20,000 bases of DNA, taken from the IMG/VR virus record IMGVR_UViG_3300031414_000019, positions 52,824 through 72,823 of that record, one strand, 5' to 3'. Position numbers and translations under genes: made by a program. The stretch is from an uncultured virus (IMG/VR IMGVR_UViG_3300031414_000019) (Duplodnaviria > Heunggongvirae > Uroviricota > Caudoviricetes). This document shows, one piece after another, positions 16,667 through 20,000 of this stretch. Numbering within the stretch: position 1 is the stretch's first letter; each line of letters opens with the position of its first letter. The notes under the pieces are model-generated. The model did not search any database and was not told the origin of the DNA. It saw only the letters and a program-made list of their open reading frames with translations.

Positions 16667-17825
16667 TATCCACCACATTGATGTTAAAGGCGTCGTGATC
16701 GTAACTAACGACAAGATGCTCACGTCGGTGCAGGCGTCTGTGCATGGCCATCAACGTCACACGGTTACATACGACGGTATTAAACTGCCTGAGATCTTCA
16801 TCGACGAGATCGAGTGCGGTGACAATATTGTCTTCGTTCAGATGTCCGACGAAAATCCGGATGAGATTGCAGCTGCTAACCTCTGCATTAACGTTCAGCC
16901 GAAAGCATTTGGTTCCGAGATCGAGACCAAACTGCCGAAGGACTTCACCATTGAGTTTAGTGGTCGGATGGTGGACGACTCAAAGGCTGTTCGCGATCAG
17001 GTTGCAAAAATGCATCTGCGTGGTTTTGTTCAGGACGTACCGCCTAACTGGTCTGCTGAAACCGTCCCAATGGGTGAGGTTGTCCGTAAGTTCGGGGAAA
17101 ATGCCGGATGCAATCAACTGCATCCGCGCGAGAAATCCGTTCTGGAGGCAGCACACATTGATCACGTTGTGCCACTGATACTGAACGATGCAGCTCATGT
17201 TACACGGACGGCTAAGGTAGTCGGGCGTGACGTAATCACAATCGGCGCTGGCGAACCGGTACCACCGGGTAAACGTAATTACCTGATTGCACAGTACGAC
17301 CCTCACCATACGCTCCTCCGCGCTTTTGTCCTTAAGGACGTACTTCTCAGTGACTACTTAAGTCGTGACAACACCGCGCCACACATACCGGACTTGCCTG
17401 CCGGTAAGACTACCTGGGTACCGACATCAGAGTTTAAAGACATTGATGTCACGTTCATCAATCCAGAAACTCAAAACAAGCGGTATGTAATCTCACTGCA
17501 TTGCGGCATGCTTGTGTGGAATGACCCTGATCTGGCCATTGACCGTGGCGATGGGGAATTCGTCATTGTGACACCTACCACTAAGGTTCCCACTGGTCCG
17601 GTTAAAGTCTTGGTTCTGGACTATGACACCATCCCAGGGACACCTACTCGTATGTACACTGCCGACGAGGTCGACCTGTCTATCACAAACGGCAACTTCA
17701 AACTTGAACCGCTTAAGTCTGGATTGGCTGGTGCTAAGATAGGTGACCAGTGGCTGCACGAAGTTATGCCGTATACCTATTTCGTTCAACAGAATAACCC
17801 GGGCTATCCGCGTTTCAGGGAGTAA
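16656..17825 (+). CDS. hypothetical beta-rich protein
   Basis: 389 aa; GGAG RBS; 11-nt overlap with the previous gene. Confidence 0.85.
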   Translation: MSTDIHHIDVKGVVIVTNDKMLTSVQASVHGHQRHTVTYDGIKLPEIFIDEIECGDNIVFVQMSDENPDEIAAANLCINVQPKAFGSEIETKLPKDFTIEFSGRMVDDSKAVRDQVAKMHLRGFVQDVPPNWSAETVPMGEVVRKFGENAGCNQLHPREKSVLEAAHIDHVVPLILNDAAHVTRTAKVVGRDVITIGAGEPVPPGKRNYLIAQYDPHHTLLRAFVLKDVLLSDYLSRDNTAPHIPDLPAGKTTWVPTSEFKDIDVTFINPETQNKRYVISLHCGMLVWNDPDLAIDRGDGEFVIVTPTTKVPTGPVKVLVLDYDTIPGTPTRMYTADEVDLSITNGNFKLEPLKSGLAGAKIGDQWLHEVMPYTYFVQQNNPGYPRFRE

Positions 17826-17827
17826 CA

Positions 17828-18265
17828 ATGGCAAGTTTAAGTAAGCTGATCAGTCGACTGGAAAAAGATCAATCCAAATACGTAGAAATGCAGGAGGTAC
17901 TAGACAAGGCAGTTTGTGGTAAAGTACTCGCTGCGTTGGATACCATCTGCAATAGTGACGATATCCCGTCCAAGATCACGCAGTCGTCTAACAAGACGGA
18001 TGTAGACTTCACCTTCAGTAATTTCACTGTTGCCATACGCGATGAGGTGAACGAGAATGGGCGCGAGGGTAATAAAAACTGGAAAGTTATTCATCTCACT
18101 TTCTTCCCTGGGCTTATTGCTCGCGAGGGTGCCTACACCCGCCAAGCTATCTTTGATGCTATCCATAGCGAACTCGGCTTAGATACATCTTATCAGGGCG
18201 GACACGCGTTACGCATTGAACTCGTCAACGATAAGACGTTTATCACCATCAAAGTTCGTCAGTAA
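17828..18265 (+). CDS. hypothetical protein
   Basis: 145 aa; GGGAG RBS; followed by a terminator. Confidence 0.85.
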   Translation: MASLSKLISRLEKDQSKYVEMQEVLDKAVCGKVLAALDTICNSDDIPSKITQSSNKTDVDFTFSNFTVAIRDEVNENGREGNKNWKVIHLTFFPGLIAREGAYTRQAIFDAIHSELGLDTSYQGGHALRIELVNDKTFITIKVRQ

Positions 18266-18272
18266 TACACAC

Positions 18273-18317
18273 GCCTCCTACCTTCGGGTAGGGGGCCTTT
18301 ACATTCTTTTCTTTTTT
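18273..18317 (+). terminator. Rho-independent terminator (plus strand)
   Basis: GCCTCCTACC-TTCG-GGTAGGGGGC (18273-18296, one G-U pair) followed by a long T-rich tract. Confidence 0.85.
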
Positions 18318-18339
18318 GTCTTTAAATGGACTAGCGCAT

Positions 18340-18374
18340 AAAAAGCCTCTCCTCCCGTTGTCGGGGAGGAGAGG
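18340..18374 (-). terminator. Rho-independent terminator for the helicase gene
   Basis: 11-bp stem CCTCTCCTCCC (18346-18356) / GGGAGGAGAGG (18364-18374); on the minus strand it is followed by CTTTTT. Confidence 0.8.
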
Positions 18375-18415
18375 GAGGCAATTGCCTCGTGTGTTTACAA
18401 TGGATTCGTTTGTTA

Positions 18416-19984
18416 TTAAGCTGCGGCTGAGAAGTCCATCCAACCCGAGCCACCACCTTCTGCGTTTGTGTTACCAGCAACACGTCTACGCGACATGTCA
18501 GGCCCACCAACGTCTTCGGGAATACCCAAGACAGGGTGGAACTTGTAAACGCAGTACAAGTCTTCTTCTTTCGTAATACCCACCTTACGGTGTTTACCAC
18601 GCTGGATAGTCAGGTAAGACACACCATCAACTTTCTCAATGTGAATGAGAAGCTCAAGGTCGACTTCCTGGTCGATTACACGACAACCATCCCAATAGCC
18701 TTTGTTAGCGATTTCTTTAACAAAGGACTCAGTACCATTACGCAGTAAGTTCTTCGCTTCAGAACTGATCTGATGCGGTGTGAGCACAGTAATGCCGCGT
18801 GGGTTACAGTAGTTACGAACACGACGGAACAAGTCACGTACGTCCGTACCCGTAGCACCAGTCACACAACCTTCTTTCGACATCATATTCAGATAGTCGA
18901 TTGTCATCAAGTGAATCTCATATCCCTGAGACTCGTACTTGGCTAACAGGTTGAATAGTTTCTGGTAGTTGAACATACTTGGGTTGACACGCAGCATTTT
19001 AACTGTGTAACCCGTACGTTCCAGATGACGTTTAACGTACTCTGCAATTTCAGCATAAAGCTCAGGAGAATTCTTAGCACGCTCAGACAGGTCGGTGATC
19101 TCAAGTTTCTCACCGGTCTCTTGTGCTTTCAACGTTACGTAGATTTGGATAACGTTGTCTTTGACGGAGTTCTCTGTGGAGATATGAAGGATCAGTGGCT
19201 TCTTACTCGGGTCACGCATGTACGGTGTTGCGTTCATCGCGATCTGACGTGTTAAGTCAAGAGTAAAGCCCGTTTTAAAGTTGTGCTGTAGTGCGCCAAC
19301 AACAATGAAGTCGCCACGACGGAATCCGCTGTACTCACCCATCATGCGGTTGAGTCCCTGCCAACGAGTATGCATAATACCTTCGGTGCCGGATTCTTCC
19401 AGACCACGTCGGATAGCATCTGTCAGTGTAGAAACCTGGGTCGTATCGATCTCATCAACAATAGCCCCATCGGTTGCTTCGAACCGCTGGCCGCTAAATG
19501 GTTCCAGTTCACCTTTGAACTGTGACATGAAAGTAGACCAGTTAATACTTTCTTCATCGAAGGCTAACTGAGAACTATATTTCTTAACGATAGATTTTAT
19601 GTCTTCACGCTCTTTATAAGCGTACAGGTCGTTGCGGTGTTCTTCACACTGCGTTTTGATATACTCTGGGGTTTCTTCGTGCTCCAATGCTGCCTCAATG
19701 ACAGTCATCAGACCAGGTTCCTGAGACACGTTCACACGCAAACGTTGCAGCAAAGCTGCTTTATCGTATGTATGAGCATGTGATTGCTCAGCCATCCATG
19801 CTGCTGTGGACTTCAATCCATTCAGTGCATCAGTGATGGTTTCCGACCCAAAGCCATTGTCGACAGTTTTAATCTTCGACAGCAGTTCCTTTACTAAAGA
19901 AGCTGAGTTGTCTATCGGGTTCGGCACGCGGGATTCCCAATAGAGTAACATGATGCATTTGAATAAAACGAGTTTAGTATCCAT
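18416..19984 (-). CDS. dnaB: DnaB-like (SF4) replicative helicase, phiKZ gp118-type
   Basis: 522 aa. TRWQGLNRMMG..GFRRGD (H1 lead-in), variant Walker A GALQHNFKT, ISTEN (H1a), IDYLN (Walker B), TPHQIS (H3), IDQEVD and QRGKHR. Inverted orientation matches what I recall for phiKZ-like genomes. Confidence 0.9.
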   Translation of the reverse strand: MDTKLVLFKCIMLLYWESRVPNPIDNSASLVKELLSKIKTVDNGFGSETITDALNGLKSTAAWMAEQSHAHTYDKAALLQRLRVNVSQEPGLMTVIEAALEHEETPEYIKTQCEEHRNDLYAYKEREDIKSIVKKYSSQLAFDEESINWSTFMSQFKGELEPFSGQRFEATDGAIVDEIDTTQVSTLTDAIRRGLEESGTEGIMHTRWQGLNRMMGEYSGFRRGDFIVVGALQHNFKTGFTLDLTRQIAMNATPYMRDPSKKPLILHISTENSVKDNVIQIYVTLKAQETGEKLEITDLSERAKNSPELYAEIAEYVKRHLERTGYTVKMLRVNPSMFNYQKLFNLLAKYESQGYEIHLMTIDYLNMMSKEGCVTGATGTDVRDLFRRVRNYCNPRGITVLTPHQISSEAKNLLRNGTESFVKEIANKGYWDGCRVIDQEVDLELLIHIEKVDGVSYLTIQRGKHRKVGITKEEDLYCVYKFHPVLGIPEDVGGPDMSRRRVAGNTNAEGGGSGWMDFSAAA

Positions 19985-20000
19985 TGTACGTGTTACCTTG

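Noticed and set aside
18249..18600. ORFs 18249-18443, 18316-18576 and 18331-18600
   Set aside because: They run through the convergent terminators and overlap the helicase 3' end; most likely spurious.
18416..19984. Intein or intron in the helicase
   Set aside because: Length and motif spacing are normal; no splice-junction or homing endonuclease motifs seen.

Overview
A densely coding segment, roughly 49% GC by eye, that reads as part of a phiKZ-like (nucleus-forming, Chimalliviridae-type) jumbo phage genome. The family call rests on remembered family motifs and gene order, not on a database search. Left part (1-9275): a virion module with tandem internal-head-protein paralogs carrying prohead-protease S/A-x-E sites, then conserved baseplate/structural genes. 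A clear but diverged Tad1-family (anti-Thoeris/anti-CBASS signal sponge) homolog sits inside this module at 2742-3131. Middle (9276-14708): an AT-rich, palindrome-rich promoter region, then an accessory operon encoding a Cys-His-Asp papain/transglutaminase-like protein, a calcineurin-like metallophosphoesterase, a protein with an internally duplicated domain around a UBA/CUE-like bundle, a Zn-finger membrane protein and several unknowns. Right: DHFR, four unknown genes, convergent terminators and a minus-strand phiKZ-type DnaB-like helicase. No tRNA, rRNA, CRISPR array or mobile element was seen.
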